DNA of 64,000 bases from Candidatus Calescibacterium sp. (GTDB lineage Bacteria; Calescibacteriota; Calescibacteriia; Calescibacteriales; Calescibacteriaceae): positions 74,141 to 138,140 of the forward strand of contig JAVVGL010000002.1 in assembly GCA_032249135.1 (NCBI GenBank). Reading direction: 5' to 3'. Both the position numbers and the translations under genes were made by a program. The stretch's first letter is position 1; each line of letters starts with the position of its first letter. Shown here in pieces: positions 19,280 through 28,669 of the stretch. The notes beneath the pieces are model-generated. The model was given only the letters and a program-made list of their open reading frames with translations. It had not been told where the DNA came from and made no database searches.

Positions 19280-21379
19280 ATGAGTAGTTCCTCTCTAATT
19301 CTTATTGCTATATTTTCTCTTCATATAAAGAATGTCGGAATAAACGAAAAACCCACATTCTCCTATGTTGTAGTATATCTTGACAGCGAAAACTTCACAA
19401 TATCAATAGAAAAAAAAGAAAAAATAATAAGTGTTCTTGTAGAAAATGCCGAACTCAAATTCCATAAAACCCAGCTGGAACCTCGCGAGAAAAAATTCAT
19501 AAGTAAGGTCGTGTTGAGCGAGATAAAAGAAAGCGAAACAAAAAAAAGCACAGCAATATCTACCATAATGAAAGACGAGAAATTAAAGTGGGATGTGAAA
19601 AAATCAAAAAATGGTATTCTAATATTCGTAGGTAAAGACATACCTTTCACAGAAAAAAAAGACATTGATGAGTTTTTAAAAAGTTCCGTGATGACAAGAA
19701 ATTATAGAGCGCTTGACAGAATATTTTTCCTCACAGAAGTAGGGGATGAAGAAACAAAAGCAAAAGCATATTTCGCAATAGGAGAAATGATGTTCAAAAT
19801 GGGTATTGAAAACCAATCAAACTTGTTGCTCCTGAGGTCTTCTACTTTTTACGGAGCAGCAGGGAGAAAATATCTTGAGTTAGGAGATATTCAAAATTTT
19901 GCTCTATCTTATATAAAATCATCGCAAGCACTAAGATGGGCTATGTTCTTTCCGGAAGCAAAGGCAAAAGTAGATTTCGCTCTTGAGAAGATAGAACAAC
20001 TTAAAGCTCCCGTACCGAACTCAACAAAGATTATGCTTTTGTGCTCATCTGCTCTTGCATCCATAGGAAGATCAAAAGCGGGCGAAGCAGCCGAAAAAAT
20101 AGCAATTTTAGAAAAAGAATTCCTTGAAAAATTAAATCAATACGAAGGAGATGAATTTCAAGATATATCAGATTGTGTTTTCTCTGCTTTGGGATCGTAT
20201 GAATATGAAAAAGGTGATTTTGAAAAAGCAGTGGAGTATTTGACACATGTATCGGAAAAGTTTTTGAAAAACGATCCAGTAGTTTTACCAAGGTATGCAA
20301 GAGCTCTTCTTAAACTTGGTAAAACCCATCTTTCAAAAAAGTATTTTTTTATGATGGAAAATAGCAGATTCCGAGATTTCAAAGGTGAAGCCAAATTGGG
20401 ATTATTTGAAAGTCTTTATAAGGAAGGGAATAAAAATTTAGCCATAAAATACTTGTATTCAGCTATAGAGAATTTCCCGGCAACAAAATGGGAAATAAAA
20501 GCAAGAATTATAGCAGTTCAGAACAGAGAAGATTTAAAAGATGCATATAGTTCCTTAGGGAAAAAAAGAATACCAAGGGATGACCCAATATTTTATCCAA
20601 AGGAAAACTTGAAGTTCATCATAACGAAGATGCAGCTGCCAGAAAGTCAAATTGCTCTTGCAGAATATCTGAAAATATTAAATGAAAGAATGAAAAATGT
20701 AGAAGGATTAAAAGATGATAAAGAGATAAGATCAGATATTGAATTTATTTTTTCAATACTACCAGTTTTCAGAGTAATGAAAATACCCCCTGGTATAAGA
20801 GAAGAGGTGCAAAGCAATATAGGGAGTTTTTTAGAAAACCTTGTAAGCTTTGGAAACATAGTATATGCAGCTACATTATTCTTTTCGTTCAAAGAATTTC
20901 TCCCACCTCCATATCTTATGGATTACTCAAAAGTCCAAGCAGAATTTGAAAGATATGGACTTCTTGAAGCCGAAGAAGAAAAAAATAAAATACTCCAACA
21001 ATTTGAAGAAGAAAAAGATAAAGAAAGCTTTGTCCAAAAATTTGGAGAGAAAATTCCAGAACTTTTTATAAAGTATGCCGAATTTCTTTTGAAAAAAGGG
21101 GAATGTGAAAAAGCATTCATAATTTTAGAGCAGAAAAAAGAGAAAGTTTATAAGTTTGAAGAATATAAAGATATGCTTTTCAGAATAGGTCAGTGCCTCT
21201 ATGTTTTAAAAAGTAATCTTCTCCCTCAATTATGCAAAGAAGATAAAGAAAATATATTCTGCAAAGAATATCCATTTGAGACAACTTATGATAATGTTAT
21301 AAAATCTCTATTTGAAGAATTAGAAAAAATACCCGAAAAATTAGAAGAAATAAGAATGAAAGTAATCAGCCAACAGTAG
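19280..21379 (+). CDS. Exported TPR-repeat protein
   Basis: 699 aa ORF, N-terminal signal-like segment, TPR-like helices (ALGSYEYEKGDFEKAVEYL). Confidence 0.65.
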   Translation: MSSSSLILIAIFSLHIKNVGINEKPTFSYVVVYLDSENFTISIEKKEKIISVLVENAELKFHKTQLEPREKKFISKVVLSEIKESETKKSTAISTIMKDEKLKWDVKKSKNGILIFVGKDIPFTEKKDIDEFLKSSVMTRNYRALDRIFFLTEVGDEETKAKAYFAIGEMMFKMGIENQSNLLLLRSSTFYGAAGRKYLELGDIQNFALSYIKSSQALRWAMFFPEAKAKVDFALEKIEQLKAPVPNSTKIMLLCSSALASIGRSKAGEAAEKIAILEKEFLEKLNQYEGDEFQDISDCVFSALGSYEYEKGDFEKAVEYLTHVSEKFLKNDPVVLPRYARALLKLGKTHLSKKYFFMMENSRFRDFKGEAKLGLFESLYKEGNKNLAIKYLYSAIENFPATKWEIKARIIAVQNREDLKDAYSSLGKKRIPRDDPIFYPKENLKFIITKMQLPESQIALAEYLKILNERMKNVEGLKDDKEIRSDIEFIFSILPVFRVMKIPPGIREEVQSNIGSFLENLVSFGNIVYAATLFFSFKEFLPPPYLMDYSKVQAEFERYGLLEAEEEKNKILQQFEEEKDKESFVQKFGEKIPELFIKYAEFLLKKGECEKAFIILEQKKEKVYKFEEYKDMLFRIGQCLYVLKSNLLPQLCKEDKENIFCKEYPFETTYDNVIKSLFEELEKIPEKLEEIRMKVISQQ

Positions 21380-22151
21380 CTTTCAGCTCTTCTATCGCTC
21401 TTTTTATTAACTCATCTATATTATTATTTTCCTGGTCGGTCTTAAAATGAGAAAAAAGTAAGAATATTTCAAAATTTCCCGAAGAACCCGGCGGAAAAGA
21501 GGGACAAATTCCTTTAATATGAAATATATCCGAAACCTGCATTATGACCTTCTTCACAGCAAGGTAAATTAGATTTTCATCTTTAAGAACTCCCCCCTTC
21601 AGGTACTTCCTTGGAACCTCAAAGTTAGGCTTACATAAAACTAAAATTTCCGGAACAAATTTCAAAGCTCTTATCACTGGAATAGAAGATGTGAAAGAAA
21701 CATCACAAGTAGCAAAATCTATCTTTTCTGGGAAAAAATCCTCGGTTATTTCCTTTGCATCTTTTCCTTCGTAGAGAACTACTCTGGGATCGTTTCTAAG
21801 TTTTGGATGCAAAACTCCGACTCCAATATCTACTGCAAAAACTTTTTTAGCTCCACCTTCAAGTAGGAACTGTGTAAATCCTCCTGTTGAGCAACCTATA
21901 TCAGCGCAGACTTTATCTTTGACCGAGATTTTCAATCTATCAAACGCAAATTTTATTTTGAGGTATCCACGAGAAACATAATTTATGTTTTCAGAAATTT
22001 CAATTTCTGCCGAATCATCAAATTTTTCCGATGGTTTTAGAACAGTTTTCCCTCCTATTTTAACTTTCCCCGAAATTATAAGATTCTGAGCCTTCTCTCT
22101 TGAATCTACCAATCCCTTCTTCACAAGAAGTATATCAGCTCTCTCCTTCAT
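21366..22151 (-). CDS. tlyA: TlyA-family rRNA 2'-O-methyltransferase
   Basis: S4 domain (RADILLVKKGLVDSREKA), YVSRG, DIGCSTGGFT, DVSF. Confidence 0.92.
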   Translation of the reverse strand: MKERADILLVKKGLVDSREKAQNLIISGKVKIGGKTVLKPSEKFDDSAEIEISENINYVSRGYLKIKFAFDRLKISVKDKVCADIGCSTGGFTQFLLEGGAKKVFAVDIGVGVLHPKLRNDPRVVLYEGKDAKEITEDFFPEKIDFATCDVSFTSSIPVIRALKFVPEILVLCKPNFEVPRKYLKGGVLKDENLIYLAVKKVIMQVSDIFHIKGICPSFPPGSSGNFEIFLLFSHFKTDQENNNIDELIKRAIEELKATVG

Positions 22152-22205
22152 TTTTCATTAAAAAATATAAAAATTGTAATTCATCAAATAAAATTGTAAT
22201 TCAGA

Positions 22206-22574
22206 GTGAAGATAGCATTTTTGTTAGAAAGAATAGAGGAAGCAAGGATAATAAGAGGGTATTTTCAGGAAAAAGGACACGAGGTTGCAGTATATAATAA
22301 CCCCAATGATATTTTGAGTTTAAAATTTATACCAGATATACTTGTTGTTGATATAAAGTGTGTAAGCGATCAGAATGACCTGAGGCTAATTCTTTCTTCA
22401 TCACAGAAGATTTTATTTATTCTTCCGTTTTGGGAAAATGCAGGAAAAAAAGTTGAAGATTTAAGAAGTAAAGCCAAACTTTTTGGATTGAAAAAAATAA
22501 AAATAAAAGTTATAAAAAGACCATTTACACCAGAAGAACTTTTGAACTTCATTCAATCCACCTTCCAAATTTAA
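22206..22574 (+). CDS. Atypical stand-alone response-regulator receiver domain
   Basis: PDILVVDI and KRPFTPEEL receiver-like motifs; lacks the canonical N-terminal DD pair. Confidence 0.55.
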   Translation: MKIAFLLERIEEARIIRGYFQEKGHEVAVYNNPNDILSLKFIPDILVVDIKCVSDQNDLRLILSSSQKILFILPFWENAGKKVEDLRSKAKLFGLKKIKIKVIKRPFTPEELLNFIQSTFQI

Positions 22575-22612
22575 TTTATCTTTGCAAATTTGGAAAAAAT
22601 GAACTACTCAGG

Positions 22613-24277
22613 TCAGAAAAATATTATGTTCAGAGCAATAAGAACGGCAAGCGATACAATTGCCCAGAATTCAGCTTTTTTAAAAAAAGGTCTTTTATAA
22701 GAGCTTTGAAGTTCGTCATCACTTCCAGACCCCACTCCTCTTACAAGTCCAATCAATTCATTTTCTGGTTTAGGTTTTGTGAAAAACGAAACCAAAATTG
22801 TTATAACAAAGGTAATGAGCCAGCTCCACCAAGCACGCCAGAGGTTCAAACTCATCTCAGATGGATTGTCATATAAAGCAATAAATTTTGCTGGAATAAT
22901 CCCCCATCTCACACCTGTGAAAGTTATGAAAGAAAATAGCATACCAACAACAAGTCCCCAAAATGCACCAGAAGGAGTAATTCTTTTTGAAAACATACCC
23001 AACAAAATCGTAGCAAACAAAGGAGCATTAACCCAGGAAAATATTGCTTGAATGTAATCCATTATTGTAGGAAATTTCATAGCCCAATATGCAGCTGCGA
23101 CAGATATAAATATTCCTATAACGGTTGATAATCTGCCAACCAATACAAGTTCTCTTTCCCCAGCTTGCGGTCTGAATATAGGTTTATATATATCTTGCGT
23201 AAAAACAGTGTTAAAAGCGGTTATGTTCCCAGCTTGTCCGGCCATAAATCCTGCAAGTAAAGCTGTAATACCAAGACCAAAAAGTCCGGGCTCATAATAC
23301 TTTGATATAAGAGCGGGTAAAGCAGAATCGTATAAAACCTTTCCGGTTTCATCTTGAAGGAGTTGAATTTCTCCAATTTGAATGAGTCTTAAAGCAATAA
23401 GTCCTCCAAAAGTTACAACAAAAGGTAGAGCCATTTTAAAAAAAGATGCAATTATAGGAGCCAGACGAGCAGATTCAAGGTCCCGAGACGCAAAAGCTCT
23501 TTGAACCACAAGAAAATCAGTGGTCCAATAACCAAAAGAAAGAACCCATCCGAGCCCTAATATAATACCCCAAAATGTAATTCCCATAGCATTCTGAGAT
23601 GGATCAAAAGTTATTTTCCAAAGTGAAGTTAAGCTTTGAGGGAGCTCTGAAAGAAAACCAAAACCACCTATTTTTATAAGTCCCAGAATTCCAACAAGAA
23701 CGAGTCCAAACCAAACTAAAAAAAATTGAACAACCTCAGTAAAAATTGCAGACATAAGTCCGCCAAGAGCTACATAAATTGCAACAGTTAAAGCAGAAGC
23801 CCATATGCTCACATGCCAGTTCCATCCCAAAATTATTTTGAGAATAAGAGCCATAAGATATATATTCACACCAGACATAAGCAAAGTCATCACAGCAAAT
23901 GAAAAAGCACTTACAAATCTTGTTTTCTCATCAAACCTTGCTCCTACATATCCTGGGACAGAATAAATATTTTTTTTGTAATAAAACTTCATCATAAAAA
24001 CTCCCAAAAATAGCATAGCTGGAACTGCACCAATCCAGTAAAAGTGAGCCGTAAGTATTCCGTATTTTACGGAAGCCCCCGTCCACCCAAGTATTTCAAG
24101 AGAACCAAGATTTGCAGACAAAAAAGCCAGTGCAGAAACCCACGCTGAATTACTTCTTCCTGCAAGAAAAAACTCCTCATTACCCTCTGACCATCTCCTC
24201 AGATAAAAACCTATACCTAAAATAAAAACAAAGTAAAGCAGTATAATAATCCAATCTATCCATGTGAGATGAAGCAT
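22613..24277 (-). CDS. Sodium:solute symporter (SSS/SLC5 family)
   Basis: FFLAGRS, ANLGSLE, YVALGG, FGYWTTDFLVVQRA; many TM segments. Confidence 0.92.
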   Translation of the reverse strand: MLHLTWIDWIIILLYFVFILGIGFYLRRWSEGNEEFFLAGRSNSAWVSALAFLSANLGSLEILGWTGASVKYGILTAHFYWIGAVPAMLFLGVFMMKFYYKKNIYSVPGYVGARFDEKTRFVSAFSFAVMTLLMSGVNIYLMALILKIILGWNWHVSIWASALTVAIYVALGGLMSAIFTEVVQFFLVWFGLVLVGILGLIKIGGFGFLSELPQSLTSLWKITFDPSQNAMGITFWGIILGLGWVLSFGYWTTDFLVVQRAFASRDLESARLAPIIASFFKMALPFVVTFGGLIALRLIQIGEIQLLQDETGKVLYDSALPALISKYYEPGLFGLGITALLAGFMAGQAGNITAFNTVFTQDIYKPIFRPQAGERELVLVGRLSTVIGIFISVAAAYWAMKFPTIMDYIQAIFSWVNAPLFATILLGMFSKRITPSGAFWGLVVGMLFSFITFTGVRWGIIPAKFIALYDNPSEMSLNLWRAWWSWLITFVITILVSFFTKPKPENELIGLVRGVGSGSDDELQSSYKRPFFKKAEFWAIVSLAVLIALNIIFF

Positions 24278-24434
24278 ACCAGTAGATGAATTTAAGGTGT
24301 TTTCAAATTTTTTTCCTCAAAATTGAATTTTTATTTACTGAAATCTACAAAATCTTCTCACAAAAGAATAAATTTGTTTTTATTGTCACCGTGTAATAGC
24401 ACAAGATAAGATAAAACAACAAGATAAGATAAAA

Positions 24435-26486
24435 ATGTCGGGTGAAAGAAATCTCATTCTTTTTTTTGATAAAGGAAAACTTAAATTGGGTTTCAAATTA
24501 AACGAAAACTACGGTAGACCGCTCATAATTACAGAAGATAATCAAGAGAAATTCATAAATAAAAGTCAGATCGCATATGAGTTCAATATAAAATCTGATA
24601 CACCACAAGAGAATTTCAAAAAAATAAGAGAATTGGAAAAAGAAGTTGATTTAGAAACCGTATGGGAAATATCAATTTCGTGTCCGGATGTGAGGGAATT
24701 ATCTCCGGAGGAGATATCAAATCTGATTTTTCAGAAAATTTCCAATGATACAATATGTGCGATCTTACTTAAACTTCACTCAGAAGAGAACATATATTTT
24801 AAGAAGAAAGGAGAAAAGTGGGAAATAAGACTCGAAGAAGAGGTTGAAAAAATAAAAAAAGAAAAAGAAACAATTGAGGAGAATAGGAAAAGATTAGAAA
24901 AAATAAAAGAATGGTTTGAGAAAAATTTGAAATCTGATGAGATATCTTTTGTGAAAAATAAAGGTTTAGTAGAATATTTCTCTGAAAATTACCCAAGATT
25001 TCCCGAGCAAGTTCCAGAATTAGTTCACGATTTTCTTCGGAAATTGAGAGATGATTTTGTAAATGAGAGGAAAGATGAAATAAAAAAGATTACAGAAGTT
25101 TTGCCCAAAGAACTTTTCCCAATAAAAGATGAGGACGTTTTTAAACTCCTTTGCTTTTTTGGTATATTAGATCCGTTTTATAACTTCTTTGCTGAAAGAT
25201 TCAAAATAAATCACCAACAAAGAGAAAAAGAAAAGAGAGAGGAAATTTCGGTGTATCCTGTATTTGAAAGGGAAATAAAAGAAGGGAGGAGAGAAAAGGT
25301 ACATGTTCAATCGTATTCTTTGGATATAGAAGGGACGGAAATAAGAGATGACGCAGTATCTTATCCAAAAATAGAGGGAGAAAATGCAGAGATTTTCATT
25401 CACATAGCAGATGTCACTCTTTTGGATTCAGAAGATATAATAGAGACGGTAATAAAAAGAGGAAAGACGGTATATTTTCCGGAGGGCAAGATAGATATGT
25501 TGCCACAAGATGTGATAAAGGAACTTTCGCTTGATGCCAATCAGCCAAAACCAGCAATAACCTTCAAAATAAATTTCAAGATTACGGAAGAAAAAATAGA
25601 AATAAAGTCAGTTGAAGTTATGAGGTCAGAAGTGAATATAATCAAAAATTATGAATTTTCAGCGTCTGATGAAGAACTGGAACCGATAAAAAGACTTGGA
25701 CTCAAAATATATGATATAAGAACAAAAAAAATGGGAGGATTAGACCTTATATCAGAAGATTTTGTTATTTTACTTGATGGTAAAAAATTCATAACAAAAA
25801 GATGGAAAGTGACAGATTTAAGAATAGCTTTATCTGAATTCATGATGCTATGTTCATATGCAATAGCTTTTTTCTGCAAAGAAAATAATATACCGATATT
25901 TTATAGAAAATCAAAAATTGATGAGCCTGCAAAAAAAATTGCAGCGGAGATAAATCCCACAGCTTCGCATGATGAAATTTTTTATCTACCTCGTCCTTTT
26001 GTACTCTGGAAAAATATAAAAAGAGCAAGGACACTGATAACACAAGTAGAACCAGCAAGAGCAGAAACCATAGGATATCCACTTTATGCCTGGGGTACTT
26101 CACCGCTGAGGAGAGGATGGGATTTTATTAATATAATCCAAATTGGAAGATTTCTCAAAGGAGAAAAAATGTTATCAAAAGAGCAATTAGATAAAATAAA
26201 AGAGAGTTTAGAGTTTAATATAAGCAAAGCCGAAACAGCAGAAGATATGAGATATAAATTTATGTTATGCATATATATACTAAAAAATCTCTCATGCAAA
26301 CCGCAAGATGCTATCGTTGTAGAAAGAGAAGACAAAGGTAAAATAAAAAGATATACATTATGGGTTGATGAAATTTTGTCATTTGTAAAAGGAGAATCAG
26401 AAAAAGATATAGATGTACTATCTTCTGTAAAAGTAAATCTTATTTCTGATCCTTTCAGATTATCACTGAAAGCACAGATATTATAA
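24435..26486 (+). CDS. RNB-domain (RNase II/R family) exoribonuclease, divergent
   Basis: SLDIEGTEIRDDA, IHIAD, RGKTVYFP, SEFMM, TSPLRR. Confidence 0.8.
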   Translation: MSGERNLILFFDKGKLKLGFKLNENYGRPLIITEDNQEKFINKSQIAYEFNIKSDTPQENFKKIRELEKEVDLETVWEISISCPDVRELSPEEISNLIFQKISNDTICAILLKLHSEENIYFKKKGEKWEIRLEEEVEKIKKEKETIEENRKRLEKIKEWFEKNLKSDEISFVKNKGLVEYFSENYPRFPEQVPELVHDFLRKLRDDFVNERKDEIKKITEVLPKELFPIKDEDVFKLLCFFGILDPFYNFFAERFKINHQQREKEKREEISVYPVFEREIKEGRREKVHVQSYSLDIEGTEIRDDAVSYPKIEGENAEIFIHIADVTLLDSEDIIETVIKRGKTVYFPEGKIDMLPQDVIKELSLDANQPKPAITFKINFKITEEKIEIKSVEVMRSEVNIIKNYEFSASDEELEPIKRLGLKIYDIRTKKMGGLDLISEDFVILLDGKKFITKRWKVTDLRIALSEFMMLCSYAIAFFCKENNIPIFYRKSKIDEPAKKIAAEINPTASHDEIFYLPRPFVLWKNIKRARTLITQVEPARAETIGYPLYAWGTSPLRRGWDFINIIQIGRFLKGEKMLSKEQLDKIKESLEFNISKAETAEDMRYKFMLCIYILKNLSCKPQDAIVVEREDKGKIKRYTLWVDEILSFVKGESEKDIDVLSSVKVNLISDPFRLSLKAQIL

Positions 26487-26652
26487 GTCAGTTGTTAAAA
26501 AATTTAGCGTCTTAATCCTTTATTAAAAATTTAGTGTCTTAATCCTTCCCCACTACCCGATGATGACTTAAAAACCGTTCAATTTCAACAAAAATTTTCT
26601 GAAAAGATTATAATTTTAGCTAAATTTTAAGAAATAAAAGGGGTGAAAAAAA

Positions 26653-28604
26653 ATGATAAGAAGAAAAGAGATTAAAGGGCTTTTCCTTCTATTAGTAAGC
26701 ATTACGGTATTTTTCGGGTTATCATCGGTAGGATGTAAGAAAAAATCAGAAAAACCAGAACCAACTGGGCAGACAGGATTTCCAAGCTCAACAACTGGAC
26801 AGACAACATTTACAAATCCTAATGATGCTGCAACTAAAACTTTTGGCAGCTTATCTGTTGCGTCTGATAACATTATCACAGCTCGGGCATCTCAAAGTGA
26901 AATGATTACAGGCAGGATGATCACTGGTAGGATGATTACTGGTAGAGCTATTACAGCTCGTATTATCACTGGACGCATTATTACTGCAAGGTCTCCCAAA
27001 TTTATAAATGTTATCGGGAATGATAACGACGACGATGAAGATGACATTTTGAATTTGTTCGGGAGGCTCAAAAAAGGTAGGCTATCAAAAAAGCAATCAG
27101 AAGGGTTAGAGATCAGTTGCGAAGATTTGAAACCTAAATGTGTTGAGGGTAAAGTAGAGAAAGCAGACTGCAAGAAAGACCAATCAACAAATATGCTAAA
27201 CTTTGATATAAAAGTAAGTGATTGCAAAGAGATAGTTGATGAGCAAAAAGGTGATTACATAGTTTCAACAGGATATGCAAAGGGGTATTTAGAGATTTCA
27301 ACAAAAGTTTCGCAAAATATCTCTGATGCAAAATTTATCGTTGCCATAGAAGATGGAGACTCGTTAGTGAAGGAGTTCAGCGGGAACAAAGAGACAAAGA
27401 GAGTGAGAGCAAAAGCATCAAAATTTAAAACTGAAATTATGGGTAGATTTATTGAAGGAGAAAAAGATGTTGATTTTAGGGTTGTGACAAAGCTTTCAGG
27501 AGCATATTCAAGGGAGGATGAAATAGGGAACAGAAAGGAAGCATATTCATATAATGATTACGTAGTTGAGGTGACGGGAGAATCTCCAAAATCAGGAGGA
27601 GAAGCGATTTTTTATGTGAGCATAGGAGGGGGATATTCAGTGGATACTACACCAGATGTAGATTGTGTGGAGGGAAGTTTTAATTTCAAGACAATAAAGC
27701 CGATAAAATCATCGGGGGGACAAGGCTATTGTGGAGCGGAATCAGGTGAGATAGAAGTGAATAATGCAAAGATAGAATTTTCACCTGGAAAGGTGAAGGT
27801 ATCAGTCGGAAATCAACAAGATGTGAAGAGTTAGGGGGACTATGTAAATATGAGCCAATAACAATAGCAGAAGGGGTAGAACAAAAGCCTTGTCCGGTAT
27901 GGTTCAAAGATAAAGATAAAGATGGATACACAGATGGAACAACAAAAGTTTCCTGTGAAAAGCCATCAGATGAATATGTTTCATCAGCAACGGCAGGGGA
28001 TTGCGACGATAACGACCCGAATATTAACCCAGCAAGAGCAGAGATATGTGATAACAAAGACAACAACTGCAACGGACAAGTAGACGAAGGTAATGTTTGT
28101 AGCTTTGCTAAAACTATCGGCCGGAGTTATGAGGATCTTGCCAGGTCAATCATCCAGAGTAGTGATTGAGGATATGTTGTCGCTGGTAGGACTTCAAGTT
28201 TTGGAGCAGGTGGTGATATATATGTAGTGAAGTTGGATGCTAATGGGAATGTATGTTTTTCTCAAAATATTACAAACTACTCTGTATTATCAAATGCTGG
28301 TAGTTTTTCATCGCAATTAACAGGTGCAATTTCCCAATCTCCTACGGTTAATACTGTATCTTCTACTGTCGCAAGTTATACAAGTTCTGTGTCAGATGTA
28401 TGTGCATTAGCACCAGCTCCGCATATATGTTTTGGAAGCCAAGATTGTGGTTTCGGCTCCGCAGTTGCAACAAACGGAGAAAATGTTAAATCTTATGGGT
28501 GTTCGGTAGGCGGAATTTTTTCAAGATTTATTATTCCTGCTTCTATGCTAATTGTTTATGGTTGGTTGCGAAAGAAGAGAAAGAAAAAGAAAGGTGGAAT
28601 TTGA
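26653..28604 (+). pseudogene. Disrupted modular surface lipoprotein (lipobox, pentapeptide repeat, Cys/Asp metal-binding repeat, single propeller-type repeat, MYXO-CTERM-like tail)
   Basis: SD GGGGTGA at 26640; lipobox SVGC. Frame 1 stops at 27832-27834, but the -1 frame continues CEELGGLCKYEP...WFKDKDKDGY...GDCDDNDPNINPARAEICDNKDNNCNGQVDEG...SIIQSSD*GYVVAG (TGA 28167-28169) straight into the 28227..28604 ORF, which ends GCS-hydrophobic-RKKRKKKK. Confidence 0.8.
26902..26991 (+). repeat. Six tandem 15-nt coding repeats encoding [MAI]IT[GA]R (a seventh unit at 26872-26886)
   Basis: MITGR MITGR MITGR AITAR IITGR IITAR, with synonymous codon differences between units. Confidence 0.9.
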
Positions 28605-28620
28605 TGTTTTTGAGTTTGAG

Positions 28621-28653
28621 GTTTTTAGAGATTTGACAAAATCTTCCCAAGTT
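28621..28653 (-). repeat. Degenerate copy of the Rpn gene's extreme 3' end (downstream of its stop)
   Basis: Plus strand tttgacaaaatcttcccaa vs tttgacaaagtcctcccaa (28691-28709); minus strand reads TWEDFVKSLK vs ENWEDFVKVFR. Confidence 0.65.
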
Positions 28654-28669
28654 AGACTTCACTTTTATT

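Noticed and set aside
26495..26547. CRISPR-like repeat pair
   Set aside because: Only two adjacent copies with a 2-nt gap, no spacers and no cas genes; treated as a micro-duplication.
28167..28169. Selenocysteine or recoded TGA in the surface-protein gene
   Set aside because: The position corresponds to Gly in a DGGY-type motif, TGA is a normal stop elsewhere in the window, and the gene has an independent frameshift.
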